DNA of 64,000 nucleotides from Isurus oxyrinchus (Eukaryota): NCBI GenBank assembly GCA_026770705.1, contig JANJGN010000041.1, positions 1,302,001 to 1,366,000 of the forward strand, read 5' to 3'. Shown piece by piece: positions 50,780 to 64,000 of this stretch (position 1 is its first letter; each line of letters starts with the position of its first letter). The notes under the pieces were generated by a model. It saw only the letters and a program-made list of their open reading frames with translations, ran no database searches and was not told where the DNA came from. The position numbers and the translations under genes were made by a program.

Positions 50780-51185
50780 TTCTACAGCCTCATTTAGCGA
50801 ACCTAATGAATGTACATTTGGTGTACTCACTGAAGTACCGCAAAAGGTTAAAGGCAATTTTTGGTCGGGAAGCTTGCACCAGCAGCAAGTTGACAATGAC
50901 CGAATGATCCGTTTTGTAGGCTTTGGGAGATGTTTAAATAGTGGTCAGGACATAAGGGGCTATGACAATGTTGTTCTTTAAAATAGGGGCATGGAATATT
51001 TGACGTGTACCTTGTGCAATGATCTGACATCTGTTCTGAAAGTTACTACTGCCGATAGTGCAGAACTGCTTCACTACGGCCACTGGACCATTATCCCAGA
51101 ATTTTGTTTTCAATTACTGATGCATGACGTAAGTAATCAAACATCTATCTCAGCATGGAGATTGCTAACTCAGACATAAGTGGTC
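50780..51185 (-). mobile_element. DeuSINE-type (SacSINE1-like) SINE, degraded
   Basis: taaatagtggtcaggaca..aaaataggggcatgg..tgccgatagtgcagaactgcttcactacggccactgga resembles the shark Deu-domain SINE in antisense, as recalled. Confidence 0.6.
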
Positions 51186-52779
51186 CGAATTCTGAACATT
51201 TATGCACCCCGAGTAGTTGTCACATTCTCATTATTCTGCTCACATCAATTTCTAGCCATCCACTTCCTGCTGTTGAAAACGCTGCTTCCAAATCTAACTG
51301 ATTTACATTGAGGATTGTAGTGGATTGATATTAAGCATTGTCAGAATACCCTGCTGCCTTTGGAAACGCACATTGCCAGGTTAGATGGTGGCAATGAGAG
51401 AGGGATATAGGAGCATAGGAAATACGAGTAGAATTTGACCATTTGACAGCACTAGGGTGCCCCACTACTAAAGTATATCTTAGCTGCAATTATGCCTCCA
51501 CAGCATTTCGTGCACTATCTTAAATGTTTGGATGCAGTTAATATTGCGAAATCGGTTCATTGACACCTTCAGTATACTCAATGAATGCCCATGTGCCGAA
51601 GATGCAGTACATAATTTCGAACATTTACCCTTCCCTGAATGACGAATTCTTCCTAATCTCAGTTCTAAATGCAAACCTCTTATCCTGATTTTGCTTTTCC
51701 TGGTTTTAGACACAACCGCCAGGTGAAATATGCATGCAAGATCTACATCACCACAACTTATCAGAACGATGAATTCTGCAGTGAGGTCTCTTCTCATTTC
51801 CCAATGCTTCAGAAAGCAAAGGATATGGCTCGTCAAAATCTCCACATAGGACAATACCAGATAAATCCCAGTAATCCAACAAGTAACCAGTTCAAAATTA
51901 CTTGTCGCAGAGTTACAGCAACACCTAATGAAACCTACACCAAAGGAGCAGAATGGAATGTTTGACCAGCACCACAAACATTACCATCAACACTCCACAT
52001 GACAATTGCAAAGTTGGGGATACTCTGGTTTGGGGTTACAAATTATTGTTGCACAAATCAGCTAAAGCTGATTATCCACAGTGCCTCCTGAATGCCCACT
52101 TTTGAGTTGTTAATCAATGTGAAATCTACCCCAATTAGCACAATGGTTGTCTCACGCAGTATGATGGAGGGAAGCCCTGATGTGAGGAGGAATTATTCTG
52201 CACAAGGACCGTGCTTAACCCTATCAATCCTTTAATGGACAGATGCACATGTGGTGGGTAGCTTGTTGGAGCGAATTCACTTAGATTTTTGCATCTGGTT
52301 GGTTCCTTCGTCATCTGCTAAAATCCAGTCTAGAAGTTATCTTTTTACCTCGGCCAGCTCGGCCATTATTAATTCTACAGATCCCCTCTTACTCACAGAT
52401 ATCGAGGTGCCCGTTGTAAAGTTTTTTTTCTTGTCAATCTCCAAAACGTGGGCCATTGAAGACCATCGATTCATTCGCTACACTGCAGGAGGGGACAATC
52501 ATTGTCCATATGGTACGTGACGTCATTGATTTCATTTCAGTACCACGTGCTCTCAAGGATATTTAAAATGATGCAAACTGAACGTGTTGCAAAATGCTAT
52601 TTAGGAATGCAATAATACAGTTGAGCGATATCGAAAAATTCGGTGGATATTTCACCTTTTAGATTAGATTATTTCACTCAGATTTTTGCTGATGATTCAT
52701 ATGAACTTTGAAGCAGTAAGAGGAATTTTCAAATATAGAAAAACAGCATGAATAATTAAGTTCACGGAATGATTGCAAA

Positions 52780-54330
52780 TCAAGCAGTCTGCTGTGTCCT
52801 GGATTAAGTCAATATTCTTGAATTCTATTGGAGCATAAGGCATCAAGAAAGTTATAGAGTATCCCATCACACTCCTGATTTGTGCATTTTAGATGGAAGA
52901 AAGATTTTAGAGAGTGCCTTGCTCACCACAGCATTCTCAGATTCTGACCTGTCCTTTTAGTCACAACTTCTTGTCAATGTTTTGTCCAAGGACATTGAAT
53001 ATGGGGGCTTAAGCGATGGTAACGTGATTAAAACGCAAGTGTATATTGTTGGATGATCTTTTGGTGCAGGTGTTCATTGGCTGTCAATTTTCTGCGCCGG
53101 ATATTACCTGTCATTTTTTCAGCACAAGTCTCGCTATTACCCAAGTCTTGATGTAAATGGGCATGGATTTCAACAGCATCAATTTTGTCGCAAATTGAAC
53201 ATTGAACAATCATCAGCGGACACAATCCCCTCCCAATACCCCACCCCCTCCCCACTACACCAAATATTCTTCTGTGTTTAAAATGCAGAAAAGTTCATTG
53301 ATGCAGCAGCTTAATATGGCTGTGCTCAGGACACTGCCCACAGGCTCTCGTCCAGTGATGTCATGGGGCTGACATAAATCAACTGGAAAACAAAAGAAAA
53401 ATGTAAAGAAAAAATATTTTCGCTTGGTATGACTTCAAGCAGTGGAGAACCGGCTCTTTAATCTTATTGACTATAATTCTTATAGCCCTCGTTGATACGC
53501 TAGTGTAATGACTGTTCTCCTGATCTAAAACACAGCCCCTCTCTCCTCACCACATGAGTACAGCACTTTTGAACATGTTTAGACCAAGGCAGAACGGAGA
53601 TTTGGAGCACGCACAAAGCAAGAATTGAGTGTCATTGAGCAGTTTACCGCTGAGCATGTGGTGATAAGAAGCATTGCCCATGATACTTTTTAACACTTTG
53701 GTTATGATGAAATGTGGGCCGATGGGGCTGTAATTAGAATGCTAGGATTTGTCGTGGTTTTTTTTTTGTGGATATGTATACCAGTGAAAATGCTCACACT
53801 TTTGTTTCGATGCCAGTGTTTTAGATGCACCATACCTGCTTCGATCGGAAGGCTTATTCAGGAGCACTGATTTCCCATCCTCTTGGCTTTATCTAAAATC
53901 ACCCATAGCCTTTGCATCATACAGATCCTTCTGTCATTCCATAAATTCATGTGCTGAGAATCACATTGTATGAAGACTGGAAATTGTGATGCTTGTCACC
54001 CCTAGGAGGAGGCCGGGATGGTTCATCCACCCGTCAATTCAGGGTGAATGCGGCTGCAAATTCTTCAGCCATGTATATGCTGCGGTGCACTGTGCTACAG
54101 ATTCATTGCCGATGGGGACATTGTTGGAGAGCCATTGAGTTGCAAAATGTTCCACCACCATTAAAGTCGACTGTGACAGGACTTCAGATCTGAGCTATCG
54201 TTATTTGTTAGGGGGATCAATGAGTCCAGTATTTCTCATACTGAACATGCTGTTTTGCTTGCAACTCGGCCTGTCTTACAATTCACCAGGTTAAGCTGTT
54301 TTGTTAGGTAGGATCGCTGCTGCCTTGGAC
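52780..54330 (-). mobile_element. Intronic L2/CR1-group LINE fragments
   Basis: Same family as 34.1-35.5 kb (gagtatcccatcacactcctgatttgtgc, tgaacaatcatcagcggaca). Confidence 0.65.
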
Positions 54331-57300
54331 ATACGAAAGATGTTGGCTGGGTTCTTTTGTTTGTGCACATGACCCCGCAAGCCTGGAAGGACAAGAGCAG
54401 AAGAGGCATGGGAACGCTGTTAATTGCAAATCCTTTCCAAGTCACACACCAAGCTGACTTAGCGATTTATCACGGTTCCTTGACTGTCACTGGATGAAAA
54501 ATCTGGAAATCCATCGCTTGTAGCAAAGTGTCTGCACCCGCTTCACATGGACTGCAACGCTAGAAAAAAAAACATTTTCAAAAAGAATTAATGAAAACGG
54601 AAATCAAATTAGTAATCTTGTCAATATATTCAAAGAAAAGAAAATGTTGCAAGATGACCCAATGATGAATACTGATATCATTTTTGAATTGAAATTACGG
54701 CCCTGGCTGCTTCTTTTCTTCCAATTCAACAAAAATGAACTAAAAAATGCATGTTTAAATGTAAATTATTTTACGATAACACTGGCCCCTAGCTGAGAAT
54801 GTATATTTCAAATGAACTCATGAATATCCAAATCTTTAAAAAAATGATTGGCTCCAATTATCGTCCGCAAGTTGGAGCCACCCCCCACCCCAACCACGTC
54901 ACCCCCAAAACCCCAAATCCCCACCACCCACCCACCTCAACTATGCAGAATTTTCACAAAGATCAATAACGTCCGTTGCTTATAATGAAATTCCGTACAT
55001 AAATCTCCCCAGTTGCAGATGGAGAACGGGCGGGCCCACCTTTTACCAGTTACTAATTAGCAAGTTATTAAGATTGTGAACGAGACAATTGTATGTTTTC
55101 TTGATTCTTGCTCTGCACTTGTCATGGCCCAGACGAGAGAGAAAAGAATGTTTCTGGGCAGCTACCATCAGGCGAGAATCGCGCAGAAGAGTGGTTCTGC
55201 CTCCGGGACCATGATTAAATGTAGCAACAGATTGTGCTGGGGAAGATGGCAGCGAGGTCATGTTTACTTTTCAGATTTTTGATTCTTGCCTGAGCTTTCA
55301 ACAAAAAAACATTTTTTGGAAAAACAGTTTCTGTGAGCAGGTGGTCTTGAGCTTGCAACCAGACCGACTTTCTGTTCGCAGCATTACACTCTGCCACATG
55401 ATGTTCAGGTTTTCACTGCAGATGGGACGGGGAGCCCATTTTGCATCACTCATTGCTTCCTCTCCGTTGGAATTTAATGAATTGTGGAGCGGGAGGTGGT
55501 CTACTTATTGTAGTGTTTCTTTATGCTCATATATGACGATTAACGTTCTGAGCCTGCACCGCAGGATTTGTCTCGCATATCTAGTTTAATTTCTGCTATC
55601 GAACCTGCAGCAACGCGTCATAACCACAAACACTACTCAGTGGATCACACTCGCTGGTGCATTCGCCAAAACATTCACAAGTTGACTGAAATAAATTAGT
55701 TCTTAGGTTTCTGTCTTGAATGAAACATATGGCACAGAAAATTGTTAATTTGTACTTACACTGCGAATAGAACATTGTTGTTAAAGTGATATGGATCTGG
55801 GACCCGGGAGGAAATTCCATCGCTCTGTAGTTCTTCAGACTCGGGTGTTTGCAGTAACGACACCAAGAAGCACATAAACCAAACAGCAAATTAATAACAG
55901 GTCAGGAGCAGAGTGCATTTGCAGATTGCAAGGGGTCATTCTGTGGCATATATATTTTTTCATTTCTCTAGTTTATTTAGCAATGAATAACGCTGATAAT
56001 ATATTCGATGACTGTATCCTTAATTTGCCAGGTAATCAATGGATAATGGTTTCGATAGATCACTATTTCATTCGGTAGATAATTGGATGGCTCAATCCAG
56101 GGCATTTCAAAGTTTAATTCGGAAGCAAATACTGGAAATATACTGATAATTTATTGGACAACAGTTTTGATCTTTAATTTGTTCAAAGATTGACTGTTTC
56201 ATTATATAACCGTTTAAATTACGGTATTTTATAAACTGCCCCTTATTCACAGTGTCAACCAGTACAGTTTCAAGTGATGATAATTTGGCTAACAATCTTT
56301 GGATAAATCACAATACTGCACGGATAATTATGTCACTCAGTTTAAAAGCATGTCATTGTAGGAATATTATTATTTGGTTTGCTCAAACAATAACAGGTAT
56401 CGGGTAAATGAAGGTTATTTTGCATTTTTGACATATATTTTAAACTGGAATTGTGTCAAAATAGCTTTGAATTCTAAAACTTCCATTCTTTACAGTGCAG
56501 CCTAAATGTCAACAGAAACTCAAACTTTAATTTGTATCCATTGCCTGGCATTTTCAAAGCTGCTTGTGATTAACTTTGACAGCTCCATTAAGTCAATTAA
56601 TGTTGATGTTTGCATGCGAGTTAGAAAATTGTGCATCGGAGGCTGCCAACTGGACTGCGTTTGTAACAGAAATAGACATTTTTGTGCGTGTATCGTTAAA
56701 GCTTACCAAATTGCAAACTGATTTAAAAATGTAAAAAGCTGTTTATATTTATCCGACTAATTCGCCTTACTTCATTCAAAGTTCATCTAAATCATTAACC
56801 AACATTGACTGAATTAATATCATTCAAAATGTTAATTCACCACCCCTTTTACAGACGTTCAATGCATTGTTGTTTCCCTGAGTTCAAGTTTGCGAAAACT
56901 CTACGTTCAGTCTGCACCATGTTGCAGAGCCTTGAATACACCTGGTAAACGAATTAACTCTCTATCTACTTATACAATTATTGTGGGAATGTTTTCCATT
57001 ATCTAATGTGTGCCTCCCGAATCTAATCGGAGATTTCAATCAGAAAGCTATTCTGCACCTTTACCAGATCCATGACATCTTATCCTATACCATCGCCAAC
57101 AGAACTATATAGAAAATGTCGGCAGCGATCCGATGACATACTTTCGAAGATAATTCAGGCTAGATCATTTAACTTGCTTCGAAATGCAGACAATAATTTA
57201 ATAAACGTGCGTATCAAGTTATCACATATCTGGCAGCTACAAATTAGTTCACTGAGATTCACTAAGAAAATGTATTGTTCAGAATTCAAATGGAACTTCA

Positions 57301-57549
57301 CTTATTAAGCAACAGAAATCATGATGCAACCGTGATTATCTGAAGCTCACGTCAATTTTCCTTGACTTATATACATCATTTAGTTTAATCAGTATAAATG
57401 TTTTGAATTAATCTTCAGCATTCTAATGCAGCATTGAATAACTTTGCTAATTCACTAAAAATGTTCCTGCATTTTGAAGAAAAAAGAAATATGCTTTTTA
57501 TAGCCGATCAATGATTGGAAACTCTGCCCTGTCTACTTGAAAGCAAAAA

Positions 57550-58200
57550 GCCAGTTATGACCTCACCAGAATCAAATCTTCGAATTGCTCATTAATATTG
57601 CTTTGCAAGCAATGTGCTCTTATGGCCAAAAAATCATGCCAACTCCATCTGATAACAATGTCACCGTTCCCATTCTGGCATTAAAGTGCCCTCTTGATCA
57701 CGATGGGCTGCACCCATTCTGCATAGCAACTTTGCTTCGTTCTTTCTGCAATGAATTAGCGATGCATTCACCTGAAATTCTCCTCAGCATTGCCCAGCCA
57801 GCATATCAATCACACACATGATTGAGCAGCTCTCTGGAATAAAACTTCTCACTGGGAACCTGCATAATACTGTCACTCTGTACTGATTTTCAATGTACAG
57901 CCACGATGACAACTCCTGTGTCAACTTGCATCAGGCCTTTCCGAATGCTGGTCTTTTATTGAGCTCAGTGACTATTCTTTGGCCCTGTGTGTTTACCTTT
58001 CCATCTTTACCCACACAAGCGTTCAGATTATGTTCGTGTCCCTGGGCAATATTTTACCCTCAAACTCTAAGTCCTGTTGCACAGTCGTCCTTCCCACTAC
58101 TTATCACAACTATAGGTCACCAGCACGCATTGTACCAGTACCTCTTCCAGAGTATAATTCCACATGGCCCAAATTCTATTTTGTGCATTTATTTCCCACT
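57550..58200 (-). mobile_element. Possible LINE apurinic-endonuclease remnant
   Basis: The minus strand ..RGHFNARMG.. resembles the APE motif GDFNARxG; otherwise heavily decayed. Confidence 0.35.
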
Positions 58201-58568
58201 TCACATCGTAACAACACACATGGATTGGCTCTTTATACCTTTCACTTACCTTTTAATATTCAACATACCCAGCCGTTTGTATGCTTTCAAATTGTCCAAT
58301 TCAAATTTGCTTTCAGCAAACTCAATCATAATTGCAGAATAGTTGTCCAGTTTACTTTGACATTCGTTTCAAAAGCAGAATTATGAACTGACGTTTCTCT
58401 TCCCTATCCATTTTCACTGGGTCCCGTTTACATTTAGAACATGGTCACGTCAAAAAGCAGGTTGTGCATATTTGGGTCAAATGGACGATCCTTTGCTGCA
58501 ACAGGAAGAAGATTAATTATATTCATCTGTGTCGTCAACCTCATGCTCTCTCTATCTCTCTCTTACAG

Positions 58569-59473
58569 TTAATGTTGTTGCCATTGTGATTCTTTCAGGA
58601 GGAATGTGTGGCCTCTCCAAATGTATTACCCATTATATGATCGCCATGGCTACGGCGGATCTCCTGGTTGTTTGTGCTCAAGTCATGTTGAACAATAAGC
58701 TGTATATGTATTTACCTGCTTCATTCTTGACCATGAGCACGGTCTGCCCTCTAACTGTGACATTGACTTATGCAGTCATATCAGCTTCTGTCTGGTTAAC
58801 AGTGGGGTTCACCTTCGATCGTTTTGTGGCCATATGTTGTAAGAAGCTGCGAAAAAAATATTGCACGGAGACAACAGCAGTAGCTGTCATATCAGTGGTG
58901 AGTGTGTTGAGTTTTTTGATGAACATTCCCTGGTACTTTGCGTATGAACCAGCGTACATAGTGGACAATGTAAATCATGGTTGTGTACTAAAACTGACAT
59001 TTTTCATTTCTGATGAATGGGCCGCATTTGCCTTGCTTAACCTTGCCTTGACCCCATGTGTTCCATTTATTCTAATTTTGTTGCTAAATTTTTGGACGGC
59101 AAGATGTATTTTGGCAGCCAGTAAAGTTCGCAGGGGTCTCCGCGGTTGCAACAATGGAGAACATCACAAGGATACTGAAATAGAAAACCGAAGAAAGTCC
59201 ATTGTTTTACTCTTCAGTATAACCGGTAGCTTTATATTGCTCTGGACAGCTCCAATTATATATATTATTTCTCTGCATGTAACAATCACATCGATTTCTG
59301 GGACAAACGAGATTGAGACAGTTAGTTTCATGCTTGGATTCCTCAGTTGCTGCACAAATACATTCATTTATGTGCTGACACAGGCTAAGTTTAGGGAGGA
59401 GCTGAAGAGAGGAATACAGTATCTTGTGAAACTGTGCGTTAAAATAGGCAAATTACAGCTGAAAACCCATTGA
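58569..59473 (+). CDS. GPR139-like class A GPCR, exon 2 (spliced CDS 975 nt, 324 aa)
   Basis: Polypyrimidine acceptor ctctctatctctctcttacag; uninterrupted 7TM ORF with AMATADLL (TM2), SASVWLTVGFTFDRFVAICC (TM3), NIPWYF, TPCVPF, ENRRKSIVLLF, SCCTNTFIY (TM7) and helix 8 KFREEL. Confidence 0.95.
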
Positions 59474-59662
59474 CCTTTACAGGAGGACATAAAAAATTTT
59501 GTGCTGAATGAGCTCATCTTAGCAATAGGCTTGTAACAACGTTTAACACTCTGGATAAAATAATATCCTACTAAAGATGCATGTTTTGTCATATAATGTC
59601 GAATTAAACTACTTTTCACACTAAACTGTAATCAATGGTGAAATGTAAGCTGTGATAATAAT

Positions 59663-59679
59663 AATAAATAAATAATAAA
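59663..59679 (+). terminator. Polyadenylation signal cluster of the GPCR gene
   Basis: Three AATAAA (59663, 59667, 59674), about 190 nt after the stop codon. Confidence 0.6.
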
Positions 59680-60859
59680 AATATTGAACTGTCCCTGTTA
59701 GCGTTGCAGAGTTAGAAAGTTTGAATTGTGATACCAGGTCCTGACAGCCTCGTATTCATTGGAACAGCTGTTCCTATAAATAAAAGAACACCCAAAACAG
59801 TAGTTGCTGGATCTCTGATAACTCGACATATGTAACATAGACAAACGTCACCAATTTCCTACAAATCACTTCTGAGCCAAATAGTACATGGGGGAATTTT
59901 CAGAACAAGTTTCATGAAGTCTGACACCCTCCAAATTTCGGACAGTTGTAGAATGAGCTGCTTCCCAGATTTCCATATAACTCACATGATTTAAACAAGG
60001 AAGGCCTGCTCTTCACGTGTTTTGTGAAAGGATGGGAATTGGCGTAATTGATCAATCATTCCCATGGTACATCGGGCTGAGCGACGGCTCTATATCTTGG
60101 ATTCAAAACATTTAAACTCAATTTCCCTACGATTCATTTGAAAGCGCATATAGCTCACACTTATTTTTCACGATTTATGCGGCTACCTCTTCCCCACATG
60201 CTCATTCACAACACTCTCTGTTTCATGTTATCGGGTGCTTTCACACAGAAAGCCACGAAATGGCTGTTGTCATAATTCTCGAATGTTTAAATATGTTTAA
60301 CTTGATATCCACTCATAATTATAGCGAGTGACGCCTCAACCATGTATCAGCACGATTTCCCAGCGAAGAAACGGCTGATCACACCTGGCCCCAACATAAA
60401 TTTCCTTCTTGGCTTACCTGCACATGATGAACGTGAAAAAAATATAATGTAATTCTTCCTGTGGCATATATTCCTAATTTCTTTAACTTCAATGCCATTC
60501 ATAGAATTGAACCATAGACGGGCAACAGCATAGAAGCAGCTCATTTCGCCATTCTTTTCCTTATTGCCTCTGATAAGGAAGTTGCAACTGGCAGCCACTG
60601 ATAGAATAGAGGCACAAAGGTGCAAGTGCTTCGATGTTAGAACATGGCAGACTGACCTTTCCCTCGGGTATGGATAATTGTGGCGACCGTGCCTGGCACC
60701 ATGCTTTGGGGGAGGGTGGGGGGCGGCGGAATGTGTTGTGCGCTGTGGTGACCATTGAAAGCGGGTGACCTTTCATATCTGGGTAAGTTTGAAGGCGTCT
60801 GTTTAAGTGACACAAATGAGCGGCCCCCTTCGTATTTAGGATTCAATGGCCAGCATGAG

Positions 60860-62720
60860 CAGGGACACTGGAAATGGGGCTATATTGCTCGGGTGCGGAG
60901 GAAATGCAAAGCAAAAAAGCAGGAAATGAAGAGACCCTGATATGTTCTCCAGAAAACTAGAAGGCTGTGAAAAATGTTCCGGGAAATCTGTAAAATATTC
61001 AATTAATGCATTTTAGTGAATGCAGCACCGAGTCTGTGGAAGAGGGAAAAATCTACACAGGCTGATGAAATAGCAAATTCTTCTGATGCGCTTCCCAGTA
61101 AAGAATTAATATATGGTCCAACAAATTGGCGAGATACCCTATTCAACAAGAAGACGATGGACATTCCTTTGGGAAAGGGGCCTGTGAAAATATTGGGCAG
61201 TGCCTATGTCTTTCCAAACGATGATGAGAACGAAACTTTTCAGAAGACTTAAACTCACTGGAGATTCCAAACGGAAAAATAGTTGAAACAAATTGCCTGG
61301 TTACATGAAAAATCTCTGATGCAGATTTATGATTCTGCTGCAATTTGTACGGTGCAGAAAACGCACGCAAATTATGCAAGGAATGCGGCAGTGTCTGGAA
61401 ACTTCACAATGACAGATTGCAATGTGATCGAAATACTTAAGGAGCATTTTCAAAACGCAACAAAATGAATTGAAACAAAGCGAATGTTCCCAGAATTGAA
61501 GGCACTGGATGATAAAAAAAAACAGAGAAATAAATAAACAAAGTGAAGAAAGAAAAGGGCAATCCGCGTTCATAGATATTATAGCAGTCGTTCAGCTCCA
61601 GTAGATCATTACTCAGAGTTTCGTTGAAAACCTGCAAGGCTTTATGAACACATCAATGAATCTTTTCCGGGATTAATTGCCATTAGAGCAAAATTGGACT
61701 CTACCATACAAGGATATGCCCAATGCATCAAAACATAACACGCTCTTGACGATTTTCTTTGCTCTTCTATTAGAAATGAGATAATTTTGATAAAGGCGTT
61801 GCAGGTGAAAGAAATAAACGTTATTGTAATGGTGCAGGCTGCAATAAACCTTGTGCTTATTCTATTCAGTACCCCGGGTCTGAGTGATGAAGATCAGATA
61901 TTCCTTGTGTTCATTAAGTTGATCTGACTTCTGAAGATGTGAATCGAGTAGAGGATTTATTCATTTTATGCTGACTCAAGACAACAGTTGGCCAGGCCTG
62001 ATTCTCTCAATGATGCGCCAGATAGGCTTGGCCTTCGCATCACTGACAGTAAGATGCAGGGACACCACAAACGGGTAAAAATTAAGTGTCAGAAACGAGG
62101 CGTACAGGCCTGCCCCCTTCATCAAAAACCTCGAGGCTTGTTAACTCCATGAGGCTCACTCAACTTATCTCTGGTATTAGAAGTTATGGCAAAGTGCAGT
62201 GCCAAAACCATGACATTGATTCGGAATAGTGCACCGAAATTACATAATTATTACAGTTTAAAATAGATGGCATATATTGAGAGCGGATGCTTTCTAAATA
62301 ATGTGAAAGTCGTTGTCAGACTGCTGGTGGAATTTCGAGTGTAGAGTGGGAATGAAATCTGTTACCAAACAGCTGAATTTAAATGGCATTGATTACACTT
62401 GCTGAAGAAGGTGAAAACTCAACCCTTAACATTAAGGCGCAGTCTACGATCAACGACAGAGTCGAAGCTTTCGAATTTTGCTTTGCAAAGGTTGAGTGGG
62501 ACGACAGCATATTTGCATAAGCATTGTTCCCCAGACGATTCCATCTTTCGAAATGCAGTTTCAGGCTGCTTTCTCATTACGGCGAAATAGCGAAAATGAG
62601 AAGCAGGCTGCATAGCACTCTTAATAATTTAAGATATTATTTGCAAGAGCGGTTCTTTCATGAAACGTTGATGGGCCAATTTGTGAGTAGCTGGAAAACG
62701 GCAAATGGATCAGATATTGG
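60860..62720 (+). mobile_element. hAT-superfamily (ZMYM1-like) transposase relic
   Basis: LYEHINESFPGLIAIRAKLD (cf. NGNFLGLIE..AKFD), ILFSTPGLSDEDQI (cf. ILDCTPDISH.EQ), DSKMQGHHKRVKIKCQKRGVQA (cf. CRGQGYDNGANMKG..GVQA), LTP*GSLNLSLVL (cf. PC..HSLNLV). Confidence 0.8.
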
Positions 62721-63800
62721 TGGGAGTTGGTTTTAAGCCACCAAACAATGGTGCTAATTTGTGGCACAGTATATATCAAGAAATTCTAGCTGAATGTAAC
62801 ATGTTAATACAGGAAAATGAGAAACTTCAGTTTGCAAAATGAACGTGGTTAACCAGATCAATACTAATATCCTGGTAGAGGAATTTATTGAATGTGTACT
62901 AGATTGGTTTCAGAACCAGTATGTTGACGAGCCGACTAGGAATCGAGCAATGCAGATTTTAGTGCTCTGCCAAGTGAAAGACTCATGGATTTCTATGCTC
63001 CCAAGTAGTATTTTGGAAATAGTCACAATAAAGTGATAGAACTTCGCAATAAGTATGGCAGCAAAATGCCGATTTCTGAAACTCCGTTCTTCAATCTGGA
63101 GAAAGGAAACTATGAATGTAAGACAGGCAAGTTGGCAACGATGGATTGAGAAAGTATAGGAAAATATTTGCCAGTGGACAGGCAAAGGCGAGTATTTAAG
63201 CAAATAATGCCTACATCAGACATGCATTCATCGAACGCTCAAGCACATACACGGAAAGAAATCACAAGCATTGTTACCAAATGAAGTTAAATGTTGCAGT
63301 ACATGAAATTAAATTATGTGTCGAGACACAGGAAGAAAAGTGGTAAATCTGGGGGTTGTGGGAAATTTAGAACATAGCAAAGAGAGAACTAAGAAAGTTA
63401 TTTAGAAATGGGAAGATAATAGAATGCAATCCAGCGAGGAACATAAAGAGCAAATCTGTGCAATTTACAAGTAGTTTCTGGAACGTTTACATGTGAATAG
63501 TGAAACAGCTTAGAAACGAAACAGTATTTTTTGCCAGTCGAAGACATAAAGGATATATATGCAAGATAAGCTCGGCTACGAAGGAACTTGTGAAACGGGG
63601 CAGCGAAAAGAAATAAATAGTTTCAGTGAAAAGGGTAGTACTTTAAATGTGAACTGAATTGTGGGTTAAATAATGTGCTGGACTCGAATTCCTTCATCTC
63701 AAGAGTGCTGAAGGAGGAGGCTAAAGGAACAATGGATGCTTTGGTTGTTTTCTTTCGAAAATCTTTAGCTTTTGGAAAGCCTCCAGCGCATTACAAATTA
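62720..63800 (+). mobile_element. Degraded CR1 LINE ORF2 fragment
   Basis: EEFIECVLDWFQNQYVDEPTRNRAMQILVLC; RVLKEEAKGTMDALVVFFRKSLAFGKPP. Confidence 0.85.
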
Positions 63801-63804
63801 TCAG

Positions 63805-64000
63805 AAGTACCTGGAGAAACTCAGCATGTCTGGCAGGATCGATGGAGATCGAGTCCTCATGACACTTCAATAGAGCTAAGTGGAAATGGAAAAGCGGTGA
63901 AACATAAATTGGTTTAAGGGGAGAGGGGAGAAAGCAGTGATGAGAGGAGATAACCAAAAGATGTCACAGACAATAGAACAAAAAGGTGTCGAAGGTGCTG
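63805..64000 (-). mobile_element. Penelope pLTR/3' end, truncated by the window edge
   Basis: cctggagaaactcagcatgtctggcag..cgagtcctcatgac; the downstream sequence matches 2330-2460 and 15420-15550. Confidence 0.75.

Overview
Vertebrate genomic DNA, almost certainly a cartilaginous fish (shark), judged from its GPR139-like receptor family and its CR1, Penelope and DeuSINE repeats. It is gene-poor and dominated by repeats and pseudogenes. One apparently intact two-exon GPR139-like class A GPCR gene (50169-50238 + 58569-59473, 324 aa) has two decayed paralogues on the same strand (about 4.6-5.5 kb and 36.4-37.3 kb). Also present: two tandem group B SRCR exons (one intact, one frameshifted); two remnants of one endogenous LTR retroelement with an env-like fusion glycoprotein, polypurine tract and 3' LTR; several Penelope-like elements whose termini carry minimal hammerhead-ribozyme motifs, including a young near-perfect palindromic insertion with a 13-bp TSD; an unidentified ~2.1-kb tandem repeat; an inverted paralogous block containing a 105-nt orphan exon; a possible aerolysin/natterin-like pseudo-exon; a hAT transposase relic; several satellites; many LINE fragments; and a 419-N gap. 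Family assignments come from motif recognition by eye, not database searches, and repeat boundaries are approximate.
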